From the IMG/VR virus record IMGVR_UViG_3300032116_000002: a stretch of DNA of 64,000 nt; one strand, given 5' to 3'. Shown here piece after piece: positions 54,180-64,000 of the stretch (the stretch's first letter is position 1; each line of letters starts with the position of its first letter). The stretch is from a virus (Duplodnaviria > Caudoviricetes). A program made the position numbers and the translations under genes. The notes beneath the pieces were generated by a model, which was not told where the DNA came from, ran no database searches, and saw only the letters and a program-made list of their open reading frames with translations.

Positions 54180-56405
54180 TTATAAATTCTCTAAGTCGTC
54201 CCAACAATCACAGTTACAGTCTATAACCTCTTGAGCCGCTGCTTCTACTGTGTTGATATGGACAATTACATTTGAAGATATATCAAATATATCTAAATTT
54301 GAAGGGATAAGCGAAGTTTCGTTAGATCCTGCGAAACTACCTGGTTCCAATGCTGCACCTGTAACCTTTGGTACACTTAAATTCCCTGAGGGCACAATTG
54401 GTTTATCGTCTGGTACATCATTATCCAGAACACCTCCTGCTAACCCTAACCTTTTTGCGTTGCGTGCCTCTCGCATCGCCGCAATTATACTTTTTCCTCC
54501 TATAGTTGTGTCGCTTATTTTCTCAAGTGTGGCTGCAGCCATTCCATACCCGGTATCTTCAGCATAATTATCTAAATTCTCAGCAAATGAGTACAAGTCT
54601 AATTGATTTGCACTGTCATTCGCCGTTATAAAGCTATTTCTAGCATTTATCTCTATAACTAATTGTGAACCTAAATTTCTCCACAATGTATTTAACTCTT
54701 GTGCTAAGGCTGACTTAGCGTTTCTTATATTTGTTATCTCTGTGTTTGCCTGTGTAATTAAAGTAGTCAAAACACTGTCGTTGTTTCTTGCTACATTTAA
54801 TTCTGTAACCATGTTTGTATAAATTTGCTTTAACGTAGATGTTTGTAATTCCAAAACCAATGCATTTATTCTTGCAATCTTATAAGGTATTCCACTCATT
54901 GAACCAAAAAAGTCGTTGAATATATAACTACCGTCAACTCCACTTCCTTTAGCAACGTTCTGTATGATTGAATTTACGTATGCAGGATCGTTTGGTGTTG
55001 TTGTACCATTTATACCTGTTATGTCGCTAATTGATTCCATGTTAGTCACAACCTGCGCAAACTTTTCAATATCCATTGTAGTGATGTTTTTAATTTGTAG
55101 CATACTACGTTTGAATGCGTCATTTGCAACTGCTATGTTTTCTGGTAAAATAACTTTTAAATCTGTGCCATAATCTTTATTTAATAAAGCACCGTTAGTT
55201 CCCTTACCAGAAAATATAAATTGATATATCTTACTGTTCGCTCTTGCTGTTGTAGTATTATAGATTGGAGTAGTTAATGAATTTCTACTGACTGGAAATA
55301 ATTTAGCAACATCAAGTAAATCAACTAAACTATTTAAATTTTGTGTTTGAGTATTGAGTGGTATTAGTACCTCATTTAATTCTTCACCCATAACTAATTT
55401 AAATGCCTCATAGATTTTCTTTTCTTGTTCTATAGTAGGATTAACTGTTTCTTGAGTTAGGTCTAAAATTTCCTCTGTGGTTAATCCAGCTGAGACTAAA
55501 GCAATGTTTACTGATTCAGTAATAGCATTGTTCTCTTGTAATGTAATCAATAAACTATATGGACTACCAAAACTATCTAATTTCTTTAAATCTAATGCTT
55601 TACCTAATCTTATTAAGTCTTGACCAAAAGACAAAGTAGCTAATGACACGCCGGTAACATCACCAGTAATCAAATCATTCATGTTGCTGTAAGTGCCATT
55701 AAGAAAGCCAACTGAGTTAGTTATGCTATTGATAGTTTTATTCAACTGCTTAATCATACCATTAGCTTGTGTAAAGCTTGATATAAAATGAGGATAAGTG
55801 CCTCTATAATAATAAAACTCTTTACTCGCTTGTAAAGCTAAAATTCTTAAAAAGCCATAACTAGAACCTTCATCAGTAAATATTTCTACTTTACTTCCTT
55901 TAGGCGGAGATACAGTAAAACTCAAAAGATTATTATTTACATTATATGTTGATGTAGCTTGTGTTACGCCATCTATCTTGACTGTATAAGGTGATCTTCC
56001 TGTACTAGGAGTTATTGTATTATTAGTTGGTGCTAGATGATTAAATCTGAAAACATTTTGTTCGCCTAATAGCAACCAGCTATCATAGAAAAAAGGATTG
56101 TATGAAATCGTAAACGTATCTGGTGGGCTATTACCCAATGCAGGTATTGTAGTTGAACCAATAGAAATTAAATTATTATAAACACTTTGACTTACATTAC
56201 CGCCTATCTTAGTCCATGCCAATCTTATTGCATCAGACAACGAATTACTAGTAGCGAACCCACCTTTCACGTAATGGTTAGGTGAGTTACTCACACCAGC
56301 ACCGTCAGTGATACCAGGATTAATTCTAAATCCTTCGTTTTTTATTAATCCTGTTACTGCGTTGATGCTTAGGGGAGTATGTTTACCTTGAAGGCTCATG
56401 GGCAA
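54180..56405 (-). CDS. Large putative structural protein
   Basis: Translationally coupled to the PAAR gene; no enzyme motifs. Confidence 0.6.
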   Translation of the reverse strand: MPMSLQGKHTPLSINAVTGLIKNEGFRINPGITDGAGVSNSPNHYVKGGFATSNSLSDAIRLAWTKIGGNVSQSVYNNLISIGSTTIPALGNSPPDTFTISYNPFFYDSWLLLGEQNVFRFNHLAPTNNTITPSTGRSPYTVKIDGVTQATSTYNVNNNLLSFTVSPPKGSKVEIFTDEGSSYGFLRILALQASKEFYYYRGTYPHFISSFTQANGMIKQLNKTINSITNSVGFLNGTYSNMNDLITGDVTGVSLATLSFGQDLIRLGKALDLKKLDSFGSPYSLLITLQENNAITESVNIALVSAGLTTEEILDLTQETVNPTIEQEKKIYEAFKLVMGEELNEVLIPLNTQTQNLNSLVDLLDVAKLFPVSRNSLTTPIYNTTTARANSKIYQFIFSGKGTNGALLNKDYGTDLKVILPENIAVANDAFKRSMLQIKNITTMDIEKFAQVVTNMESISDITGINGTTTPNDPAYVNSIIQNVAKGSGVDGSYIFNDFFGSMSGIPYKIARINALVLELQTSTLKQIYTNMVTELNVARNNDSVLTTLITQANTEITNIRNAKSALAQELNTLWRNLGSQLVIEINARNSFITANDSANQLDLYSFAENLDNYAEDTGYGMAAATLEKISDTTIGGKSIIAAMREARNAKRLGLAGGVLDNDVPDDKPIVPSGNLSVPKVTGAALEPGSFAGSNETSLIPSNLDIFDISSNVIVHINTVEAAAQEVIDCNCDCWDDLENL

Positions 56406-56677
56406 AAGACGTTTGGACTTCCAGTAACAATGCTATGACCGCAACTGTTACCTGATCCAACACGTAAGACTGGACAATTCTCTGCAAACACAGTTGGGCT
56501 ACCATCTGTGGTTGTTGCTGCTGCATGTGGGGGATGTGGTTTTCCAAAGGGTGCGTGTGGTGTTATCTGACTTACATGTAATCCTACAGGAATTCCATTG
56601 GCAAAAACTGTGCCGGCTCCACGCATAATGGCTCCACCCGGTTGATCTGTATCTCCTTTTCTGCTTAGTTGTGGCAT
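56396..56677 (-). CDS. PAAR-repeat spike tip protein (gp5.4-like)
   Basis: VFANGIPVG, ITPH, GSPTVFAEN, CGHSIVTGSPNVF; TAAATA at 56692-56697. Confidence 0.9.
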   Translation of the reverse strand: MPQLSRKGDTDQPGGAIMRGAGTVFANGIPVGLHVSQITPHAPFGKPHPPHAAATTTDGSPTVFAENCPVLRVGSGNSCGHSIVTGSPNVFCP

Positions 56678-56720
56678 AACACCTCTCTAACTATTTACCT
56701 AATATTTTACTTACAATCTA

Positions 56721-57020
56721 TTACCCAAGTACTATCTTTTTCTCAGGGACTTTAATCCCTGTAGTAGCTTCTATATACTTAACTTTAACTTGCTCGTTAG
56801 TATCTCCAACGACAGCAATGCTATTAGTATTTAGTCTAAATTTACCCTCCATATCAGTAGTAAACATGCTTGGAATCATGCCTATACCGTTTTGATTAGG
56901 AGCAATGCTCACAGGCTCAGTAATTTCAATGATATTATCATTGAGATTTACCACTTTTGCCACCATTTCTTCGCCACTGTTTAATTTGAACGAATATACT
57001 TCATTTATACTAAGATTCAT
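56721..57020 (-). CDS. Conserved phage hypothetical protein
   Basis: FKLNSGEEMVAKV and YIEATTGI motifs. Confidence 0.7.
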   Translation of the reverse strand: MNLSINEVYSFKLNSGEEMVAKVVNLNDNIIEITEPVSIAPNQNGIGMIPSMFTTDMEGKFRLNTNSIAVVGDTNEQVKVKYIEATTGIKVPEKKIVLG

Positions 57021-57022
57021 GT

Positions 57023-57247
57023 TTATCCCATTAATTTTTTCTGTAATTCTGTGTATCCACCGACTAACTCATCATCTAAGAATATCTGCGGAACTGTACG
57101 TGCGTTTGGTACTGCTTCTAATAATTGCTCTTTAGTATACTCTTTATTGATGTTTCTTTCTTCATACTGTATGCCCTTTAATTTCAACAGGGCTTTTGCT
57201 TTATCACAGAAAGGACACATGTCCTTACTCCATACTATTGCTTTCAT
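57023..57247 (-). CDS. grxC: Glutaredoxin
   Basis: CPFC, TVPQIF, GG; adjacent to RNR genes. Confidence 0.93.
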   Translation of the reverse strand: MKAIVWSKDMCPFCDKAKALLKLKGIQYEERNINKEYTKEQLLEAVPNARTVPQIFLDDELVGGYTELQKKLMG

Positions 57248-57260
57248 CTATTTCACCTTA

Positions 57261-58361
57261 TTATAATGTTGGCAATTCTTCAAAGTCTACAACGTCACTC
57301 ATAACTCCAATGACATAGTTAGTACTTTCGTTTTCTTGCAGTGCTGTTTGTTTTTTGTTTATATTGACATGTTTATTGAACCATGGAATAGGACTTGTTT
57401 TAGGATGATTTTCTAAATACTTTATACCAATATCTTTTAATCTGTTAAACGCAGTCCAGTCAACAAAATCTTTCAATATATCAGCATTTAGTCCTATAAC
57501 AACACCTTTACTAAAAAGATAGTCGGCCCAAAGTTTTTCTTCACGAATAACTTCTAAGTATAAATCGTAAACTTCTTTTTCGCATTCAATTTTTGCTTGT
57601 ACAAATCGTGGGTCATCTTTGACTACGTTATTGATTAGCCAGGCTGTCCATTCTGTATGCAATAATTCATCTTGTAAGATAAGGCTAATAATGTTGCCAT
57701 TACCAATATAAATCTTATTCTCAACCATCGCAAGACTTGTAGCGAACGATACCATAAAGCGCAATGCTTCCAGTGCATAGCTAGCATTTAATGCTAACCA
57801 TATTGCCTTTACATGCTCCATTTCAGGTATTACTTCACCTGTTTCTTTACGGCAATTAAGTTGATGCAAATCTTCATAGTAACGACCGATGTTAGCAGCC
57901 ATGTCTATAATTTCTTTTGTATCATGTATCTTGTTAAATTCTTCTTTAGGTACACCATACACATTACGAATAATATGACTATATGATTTGCTATGTATAT
58001 TTGTTTCAAAGAAACTCCAGTTATTAACTAATGCTTCTAGTTCTGGAATACTAATAACAGGACCAAATACTTGTGCTGGTGCACGACCTTGAATACTATC
58101 TAATGCTGTTTGTCTTAGTAAATTACTAGTAAAAATATGTTTTACTGCTTCAGTTGCTTCTTTATGGTCTATCTTATCTTTTGTCAATGTAACTTCTTCA
58201 GGCACCCAAAAGAAACCACGTGCGGTTTCTTCATACTTTGCAACTTTCGGGTACTTGACTTCTTCAAATCTTTGTACAGTTACAGGTCCTTCAGGATCTA
58301 AAAACATCGTGCGTTTTAGATAGTTTACTTGCTTGTTTAAATTATATTGTTCTCTACTCAT
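57261..58361 (-). CDS. nrdB: Class Ia ribonucleotide reductase beta subunit
   Basis: LDSIQ, ETNIHSKSY, LEALRF, QDELLH di-iron ligands; C-terminal QENESTNY. Confidence 0.96.
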   Translation of the reverse strand: MSREQYNLNKQVNYLKRTMFLDPEGPVTVQRFEEVKYPKVAKYEETARGFFWVPEEVTLTKDKIDHKEATEAVKHIFTSNLLRQTALDSIQGRAPAQVFGPVISIPELEALVNNWSFFETNIHSKSYSHIIRNVYGVPKEEFNKIHDTKEIIDMAANIGRYYEDLHQLNCRKETGEVIPEMEHVKAIWLALNASYALEALRFMVSFATSLAMVENKIYIGNGNIISLILQDELLHTEWTAWLINNVVKDDPRFVQAKIECEKEVYDLYLEVIREEKLWADYLFSKGVVIGLNADILKDFVDWTAFNRLKDIGIKYLENHPKTSPIPWFNKHVNINKKQTALQENESTNYVIGVMSDVVDFEELPTL

Positions 58362-58560
58362 CTGTTTCTTCTTTAGAAGATTCTATAATCAAATCTCCAT
58401 TCTCCACGTAAACGCTATCTATATCTGTTTCTGACAACAACATCAGAACCATTTCCTTTTCTATTTCTGGTATATTAACTTCTTCAGTAATCCCATGTAA
58501 AAATAAAAATGATTTTATTTTCTCATCAATTGTGAGATCATTATTACTAATTAATTTCAT
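58354..58560 (-). CDS. Small acidic hypothetical protein
   Basis: Coupled between aceA and nrdB. Confidence 0.55.
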   Translation of the reverse strand: MKLISNNDLTIDEKIKSFLFLHGITEEVNIPEIEKEMVLMLLSETDIDSVYVENGDLIIESSKEETDE

Positions 58561-58562
58561 AA

Positions 58563-59768
58563 TTAGAATTGATCGTGTTCGGTTGAAGTTTTGTTTGCTA
58601 CGGTTGACGTTGCACCAACAGCTTCACTAATTAAGTCAAAATAACTAACACCTACTTCACGTTGATGTTTGACTGTAGTAAATCCTCTGCTTTGTGCCGC
58701 AAACTCACGTTCTTGCATTTCACTGTAGCCAGCCATACCTCTTTCTTTGTATGCTTCTGCTAATTCGAATGTGGCGAGATTTACACTGTGGAAGCCTGCA
58801 AGTGTAATGAATTGGAACTTATAACCCATAGCACCCAATTCACGTTGGAATGTTTCGCACTCATCTTCACTTAAGAATTTACGCCAATTAAAACTTGGGC
58901 TGCAATTATATGCAAGCATTTGATCTGGATATACTGCATGTATTGCGTCAGCAAACTTCTTAGCCTGTTTCAAATCAGGTGTAGAAGTTTCAAACCACAA
59001 TAAATCTGCAAAAGGAGCATATGCAAGGCCACGACTGATGCAAGCATCAATTCCATTTCTGAATCTGTAGAATCCTTCTTCTGTTCTTTCATTAGTGACA
59101 AACTCCTTATCTAAAGGATCATGATCGCTTGTAATTAATGTAGCTGCCTCTGCATCTGTTCTTGCCATAATCACAGTGTCAACACCTGCAACATCTGCTG
59201 CTAGTCTTGCTGCATTAAGTGTACGAATCATTTGACTTGTTGGTACTAATACTTTACCACCAAGATGTCCGCATTTCTTTTCGCTTGCTAACTGATCTTC
59301 AAAGTGTACTCCTGCTGCACCTGCCTCAATCATGTGCATCATTAATTCATATGCATTTAATGCACCACCGAAGCCTGCTTCAGCATCAGCAACGATTGGC
59401 AAGAAGTAATCTACATCAGTCTTACCTTCGCTATAATCAATTTGGTCTGCTCTACGAAAAGCATTGTTAATACCTTTTACTACTCTAGGAACACTATCAA
59501 CTGGATATAAACTTTGATCTGGATAGGTAGTATTACTTGTGTTGTTTGCTGCTGCTACTTGCCATCCACTCAAGTAAATTGCTTTTAATCCTGCTTTAGC
59601 ATGTTGTACTGCCATTTGACCATTATAAGCACCCAATGTGTTAATGTATGGTTCTTTGTGAAGCAAATATCTTAATTTTTCTGCGCCTCTTTTTGCAAGG
59701 GTGTGTTCAATCTGTACTGTACCTTGTAACTTTCTTACTGTGTCCTGTGTGTAATTACGCTTAGTCAT
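58563..59768 (-). CDS. aceA: Isocitrate lyase
   Basis: [48 protein letters not shown]. Confidence 0.97.
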   Translation of the reverse strand: MTKRNYTQDTVRKLQGTVQIEHTLAKRGAEKLRYLLHKEPYINTLGAYNGQMAVQHAKAGLKAIYLSGWQVAAANNTSNTTYPDQSLYPVDSVPRVVKGINNAFRRADQIDYSEGKTDVDYFLPIVADAEAGFGGALNAYELMMHMIEAGAAGVHFEDQLASEKKCGHLGGKVLVPTSQMIRTLNAARLAADVAGVDTVIMARTDAEAATLITSDHDPLDKEFVTNERTEEGFYRFRNGIDACISRGLAYAPFADLLWFETSTPDLKQAKKFADAIHAVYPDQMLAYNCSPSFNWRKFLSEDECETFQRELGAMGYKFQFITLAGFHSVNLATFELAEAYKERGMAGYSEMQEREFAAQSRGFTTVKHQREVGVSYFDLISEAVGATSTVANKTSTEHDQF

Positions 59769-59777
59769 AAATTCTCC

Positions 59778-62096
59778 TTAAAGTACGCAAGCTTCACATG
59801 CTTCTTCATCTTCCAATTGTTCTAACTTAAATTCAATAATATTATCATCTTTTAATGCTGCTTTTGAACCCATTTTGTTTATTAGGCTATAGTAAATGGT
59901 CTTTAGTCCCCATTTATATCCTAGCATTAAATTTTTGGCAATTAATGTGCCACTTACTTTACCATCAGCAAAGTAGGCAGGATTATAGAAAGTATTAGTA
60001 CTAATACTTTGATCTATATATGCTGCTAAAACTGCTGCCGTTTTTAAATAATCTACACAATCACTTTGCTCCCACATCAATTGATAACGGTTCTTTAATC
60101 GTTTGTATTCTGGAACAACTTGTACAAAACTACCAGCTTTACTTTCTTTGACACTAATAAGTTCCATTGGTAATTCAATACCATTCGTAGAATTTAATAC
60201 TACACTAGAACTTTCTACGGGTGCGATAGCCATTAATGTACCATTACGAATACCATACTTTTTTAGTTTCTCTCTTAGAGGTTCCCAATCTAGGCTAGGA
60301 TTAAAGTCAGTGAGTTCATTGACACCTTCTGCTCTACGCTCCCATGGGAAAATACCTTTACCATAATATGTATGTTCGCTTCTCTTACATGGTCCTCGTT
60401 CTTGTGCAAGTTCAACACTTATTTCAGTTAGATAGTATGCCTGATGCTCCATCCAACGTTTTACTTCTGCAAGTCCTTCTGGTGTGCCATATCGTAAATG
60501 ACGCTTTGCATGCCAATATGCAAGATTAGTAATGCCTACGCCCAATGGCTCAAAATCTTCATTAGCTAGTTTGCTTTGTACGCTTAAGAAATCCTGATAA
60601 CCTAATAGATTACTTAGACTACGCACTAATACTCTACACGCCTTACGCATATCTTGTGGCGATTTAAAAGCTCCCCAATTAATGCTACCTAATGTGCAAA
60701 GTGCTATGCGACCATTTATATCTTCAATACGCTGAAATGGTTTTGTAGGTAATAGAATTTCTTGGCAGAGATTACTCTGATAGATAGGATCTGTTTTAGT
60801 ATCAAATGGTCCTTGATTAATAACATTATCAATGTTAACCATATAGATACGACCTGTATCTGTTCTTTCTTTTAGTATACCATTCTTAAATATCTCAACT
60901 GCTGGTAATACTTTCTTTTTTATATTTTTATCTTTTTCATATTTGGTATACAATTCTTCAAATAGTTCTGTATCACTATAATATGCTTCATATAAATCAG
61001 ACACTTCATGTGGATCAAATAGTGATATGTTTTCGTTATTCTTATAACGATTCCAAAACATCTTGTTGACTACTACACTGTAGTCTAATTGTCTAACACG
61101 TGTTTCTTCTGTGCCCTGATTATTTTTTAATACAATTAAATCTTCAAACTGATAATGCCAAATTGGAAATGTTACAGTGCAACTTGCATTACGAACACCA
61201 CCTTGACTGCAACTACGAAGGTCAGCGAACCATTTCTTTAAGAAAGGTATCATGCCTGTATGTTTAATTTCACCATTGCGAATAGGTGCGCCTAATGGGC
61301 GAATACGACCTATTTCTAAACCTATGCCAGCTCGTTTGCTAGCATACTTTGCCATCATCTCACCGGCTGCAAATATACTATCTAACGTATCATCAGAACT
61401 AATAAGCACACAAGAACTAAATTGCTTAGTAGTAGTACCGAGACCGGCAAGTACAGGAGTAGCAAGAGTAAAATGCCCATCACTAGCACACTCATAATAT
61501 TCTTTAACATACTTTAATCTTTTATCTTTTGGTTCGTTGTGAAACGCAGTGGCGGCAGCTATAGCATATCTTACTTGTGGTGTTTCAAATATTTGACCAG
61601 TGGCACGATTTTGTACAAGGTATTTCTCTGCTAATTGTGCGATAGCAGCATATGTATAATTCTCGTCTTTACTATGGTCAATGAATAAATCAATTACATT
61701 CCACTCATCTTCTGTATACCATTCTAGTAATTCACTAGTATACATACCTAACTCTACATTTTTCTTTACAATTTCATATATAGGAGGAGGTGTATATCTA
61801 CCATACACTTCTTTGCGTAGCATACTTACCTTTTGTCTGCCTGCAACGTACTGATAATTTACATTGTGTATGTCTGGATTTTCTGTTTCATCAATTAAAT
61901 CAACCATTGCCTTAAGCAATAATTCATCAATTGTATTTGTTGTCATGCCATCAGTAAATTGTATCTGAGCATTAATCTCAATCATACTTGCACTGACGTT
62001 ATCTATGCCTGCTGTAGCGTATGCTACTTGTCTTTGAATCTTGGATATATCTAAGGGTACTACTTCCCCGCTTCTTTTCTTTACGTGTATATTCAT
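59778..62096 (-). CDS. nrdA: Class Ia ribonucleotide reductase alpha subunit with ATP cone
   Basis: VKKRSG ATP cone, QFSSC, SNLCQE, APVESSS, KTIYY, C-terminal CEAC. Confidence 0.97.
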   Translation of the reverse strand: MNIHVKKRSGEVVPLDISKIQRQVAYATAGIDNVSASMIEINAQIQFTDGMTTNTIDELLLKAMVDLIDETENPDIHNVNYQYVAGRQKVSMLRKEVYGRYTPPPIYEIVKKNVELGMYTSELLEWYTEDEWNVIDLFIDHSKDENYTYAAIAQLAEKYLVQNRATGQIFETPQVRYAIAAATAFHNEPKDKRLKYVKEYYECASDGHFTLATPVLAGLGTTTKQFSSCVLISSDDTLDSIFAAGEMMAKYASKRAGIGLEIGRIRPLGAPIRNGEIKHTGMIPFLKKWFADLRSCSQGGVRNASCTVTFPIWHYQFEDLIVLKNNQGTEETRVRQLDYSVVVNKMFWNRYKNNENISLFDPHEVSDLYEAYYSDTELFEELYTKYEKDKNIKKKVLPAVEIFKNGILKERTDTGRIYMVNIDNVINQGPFDTKTDPIYQSNLCQEILLPTKPFQRIEDINGRIALCTLGSINWGAFKSPQDMRKACRVLVRSLSNLLGYQDFLSVQSKLANEDFEPLGVGITNLAYWHAKRHLRYGTPEGLAEVKRWMEHQAYYLTEISVELAQERGPCKRSEHTYYGKGIFPWERRAEGVNELTDFNPSLDWEPLREKLKKYGIRNGTLMAIAPVESSSVVLNSTNGIELPMELISVKESKAGSFVQVVPEYKRLKNRYQLMWEQSDCVDYLKTAAVLAAYIDQSISTNTFYNPAYFADGKVSGTLIAKNLMLGYKWGLKTIYYSLINKMGSKAALKDDNIIEFKLEQLEDEEACEACVL

Positions 62097-62108
62097 TTTC
62101 TGCCTAAA

Positions 62109-62543
62109 TTATAGTTTTTCTAGTAATCTGTTAAGATTAATACTGCGAGTGATGGTAAAGTCTTGTAGACAGTTATTTACTACGGTGTTGGGCCAGTAAT
62201 TAAGTATATATTTTGCGTCATCAACTAGGACTAATACTACATCGTTACCCATATTGTCTACTGCTTCTACCAATTCAAATTTTTTCTCTCCGATCATATG
62301 TAAAGTATAACAAATTCCCAATGCTCTTGCTACATAACAATATTGATTTTCAACCAATAATTCCCATGGGTTGGGCCAATTGTCTATATCAAATGTATGC
62401 AAATAGTGATTAACTAATGGAGTTTTTTGCCAAAAATCATCTATCTGTATACATTTTTCAAGTAAGGGTAAATCAATTACCGATTCTTTTAAATCACGCC
62501 AAGCCTTTAATCTTATCTCATACGATAATTGAAATATATTCAT
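62109..62543 (-). CDS. Conserved phage hypothetical protein
   Basis: WPNPWELL motif; follows promoter 62571-62599. Confidence 0.7.
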   Translation of the reverse strand: MNIFQLSYEIRLKAWRDLKESVIDLPLLEKCIQIDDFWQKTPLVNHYLHTFDIDNWPNPWELLVENQYCYVARALGICYTLHMIGEKKFELVEAVDNMGNDVVLVLVDDAKYILNYWPNTVVNNCLQDFTITRSINLNRLLEKL

Positions 62544-62570
62544 TTTTATTATTATAGAATGTGTTAACCT

Positions 62571-62599
62571 ATTATAGTATTAAAAAGTTAACCTGTCAA
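62571..62599 (-). promoter_or_regulatory. Sigma70-type promoter TTGACA-N17-TATAAT heading the nrdA-aceA-nrdB run
   Basis: Perfect consensus. Confidence 0.88.
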
Positions 62600-62666
62600 A
62601 AGTAAAGGTAAAGTTATGAATAATTAAGATTACTAAATTGTAAGTATATAGTAACCATTTAAATTT

Positions 62667-63770
62667 TCAAAATGTTATTGAGCCATTACCTGTAAACCGA
62701 TAAGTTCTCGTTCCTGCTACGTTACCCACAGTAGGTGACCCTGTAGTTGAAGATGCTAAACTGTGAGCATTTGGATATGCAATAATAACTACTCCGGAAC
62801 CACCTGCAGCATTTGTTGCCCCGCCACCACCACCAGTGTTTGCTGTGCCTGCTGTTCCTGCAGCAGATATTGAACCATTGCCACCGCCTCCTGCACCACC
62901 TGTAGGTGCTGTGCCTGATCTTGAGGATCCTCCGCCGCCCCCCGCGTAAGTTACAGCAGAACCTGTCAGAAATGAAGTAGCTCCGGCGCCACCATTACCA
63001 CCTGTATTATTATTTGTACCACCGCCTGATTCTCCGACCGCACCTGCGCCGCCGCCTCCCCCGGATCCTCCACCATTGGAGGCACCGAAGAATGTGCCAT
63101 TACCACCATTGTTACCTTGTTGTGGATTAGTTGAGGGTGTGTTCCCGGCACCTCCTGTATATGAACCACCAAATCCGCTTCCGGCTCCCCCACCGCCCGA
63201 TCCACCTGGGGATCCATTAACAACACCGTTTGCATTAATGCCGCCAGCTCCTCCACCTGCAGCAACTATTCCCGGAGACGCAAAAGTTCCAACTGACCCC
63301 CCTACGATTAAAGAAGCCACCCCAGTAACACCTTGTGTGCCGCCTGCACCTACAGTAATTGTATATGTAGTTCCGGGAACTATGTTTACCGCCGGTCCTG
63401 TTCTAAACCCGCCTCCGCCTCCGCCTCCGCTACTACTACCACCTCCGCCACCAACGACTAAATAAGTTACCAACGTTGGGGGCTGAGAAGGTGAAAATGA
63501 TAACCAAGCTGTATTGTTATAAACTTCAAATCTTAAAGTATCAGTGTTGAATCCTATTTGACCTAAAACAGGCCTAGTAGGTCTATCCACATTAGACCAT
63601 GTAGGAGTTGATACTCTACCAAAACTAGGCATTGCTAACCATTGAGGTAAGCCATTATAGGCTATGTATTTGTATAATATTGAGACAGTAGGATTGTACC
63701 ATTCATCTCCAACATTAGGAGATACTGGTTGATTAGTATCCTGTGTAAATTGTTTAAATGTAGTGAACAT
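62667..63770 (-). CDS. Gly-rich fibre-associated protein
   Basis: YLVVGGGGG, GGSGVVII, YRFTGNGSITF; ATG 63770 lies 1 nt after the upstream stop. Confidence 0.8.
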   Translation of the reverse strand: MFTTFKQFTQDTNQPVSPNVGDEWYNPTVSILYKYIAYNGLPQWLAMPSFGRVSTPTWSNVDRPTRPVLGQIGFNTDTLRFEVYNNTAWLSFSPSQPPTLVTYLVVGGGGGSSSGGGGGGGFRTGPAVNIVPGTTYTITVGAGGTQGVTGVASLIVGGSVGTFASPGIVAAGGGAGGINANGVVNGSPGGSGGGGAGSGFGGSYTGGAGNTPSTNPQQGNNGGNGTFFGASNGGGSGGGGGAGAVGESGGGTNNNTGGNGGAGATSFLTGSAVTYAGGGGGSSRSGTAPTGGAGGGGNGSISAAGTAGTANTGGGGGATNAAGGSGVVIIAYPNAHSLASSTTGSPTVGNVAGTRTYRFTGNGSITF

Positions 63771-63771
63771 T

Positions 63772-64000
63772 TTATGACGTTGGGAACGCAACCCATGCGT
63801 TTGATATGAACGCTTCAACTACGTTAGTAGTAGTGTTGAGTCCCAATGTTCCTGCTGCGGGAGTGGTAGGTCTTGTTGCTGTTGTCCAAGAAGGTAATAC
63901 TACTGTAGCAAAGCTAGGTGTTTCTGCCCACTGAGTGGTATTATTAAAATTAGCAAACCTATACAATTTATTTGTAGTAGGATTATACCATTCATCACCT
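63772..64000 (-). CDS. Partial gene, paralogous to the N-terminus of 62667-63770
   Basis: Frame open to window end: GDEWYNPTTNKLYRF..PSWTTATRPT..GLNTT vs GDEWYNPTVSILYKY..PTWSNVDRPT..GFNTD. Confidence 0.75.
   Translation of the reverse strand, partial: GDEWYNPTTNKLYRFANFNNTTQWAETPSFATVVLPSWTTATRPTTPAAGTLGLNTTTNVVEAFISNAWVAFPTS

Noticed and set aside
57261-62096. Introns or inteins in nrdA/nrdB
   Set aside because: Both ORFs are continuous and of normal class Ia length.
1-64000. Stop-codon reassignment
   Set aside because: Conserved genes are uninterrupted in code 11, some genes end in TAG or TGA, and no suppressor tRNA is present.
1-64000. Bacterial chromosome origin (dnaK, aceA, iscU, rpoZ, nrdAB)
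   Set aside because: These genes lack their bacterial operon partners and sit among PAAR, fibre, small hypothetical genes and T4-type late promoters.

Overview
A 64 kb segment of a large, AT-rich, T4-like dsDNA phage genome. The host is probably a betaproteobacterium, inferred by eye from the DnaK, IscU, AhpC/D and PqqA sequences. Layout: (i) 1-5.7 kb, erpA and two repetitive tail-fibre-type genes; (ii) 5.7-15.3 kb, a dense minus-strand array of small early genes driven by repeated near-consensus sigma70 promoters; (iii) 15.6-20 kb, a plus-strand island (LuxR-type regulator, collagen/fibre-like proteins, and a papain-like protease split by an A8 frameshift); (iv) 20-31.5 kb, a minus-strand array of 28 tRNA/tRNA-like genes covering all 20 amino acids, interleaved with ppiC, rpoZ, dnaK, an HNH gene, a phosphoesterase, a 23-codon pqqA missed by the ORF track, and several candidate structured RNAs; (v) 33.5-33.7 kb, a 42-codon leader ORF that uses all 20 amino acids and overlaps a terminator/antiterminator pair upstream of the tRNA array (best candidate for an undescribed system: a translation-sensing attenuator); (vi) 34.4-52.3 kb, ahpC/ahpD, a ~16 kb cluster of six radical SAM enzymes, four 2OG-Fe(II) oxygenase-like proteins and other tailoring enzymes, then iscU; (vii) 52-64 kb, SleB-type hydrolase, PAAR, glutaredoxin, nrdB-aceA-nrdA and Gly-rich fibre-like genes. 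No CRISPR array, rRNA, integrase or transposase was seen. All family calls are by motif recognition; no database search was run.
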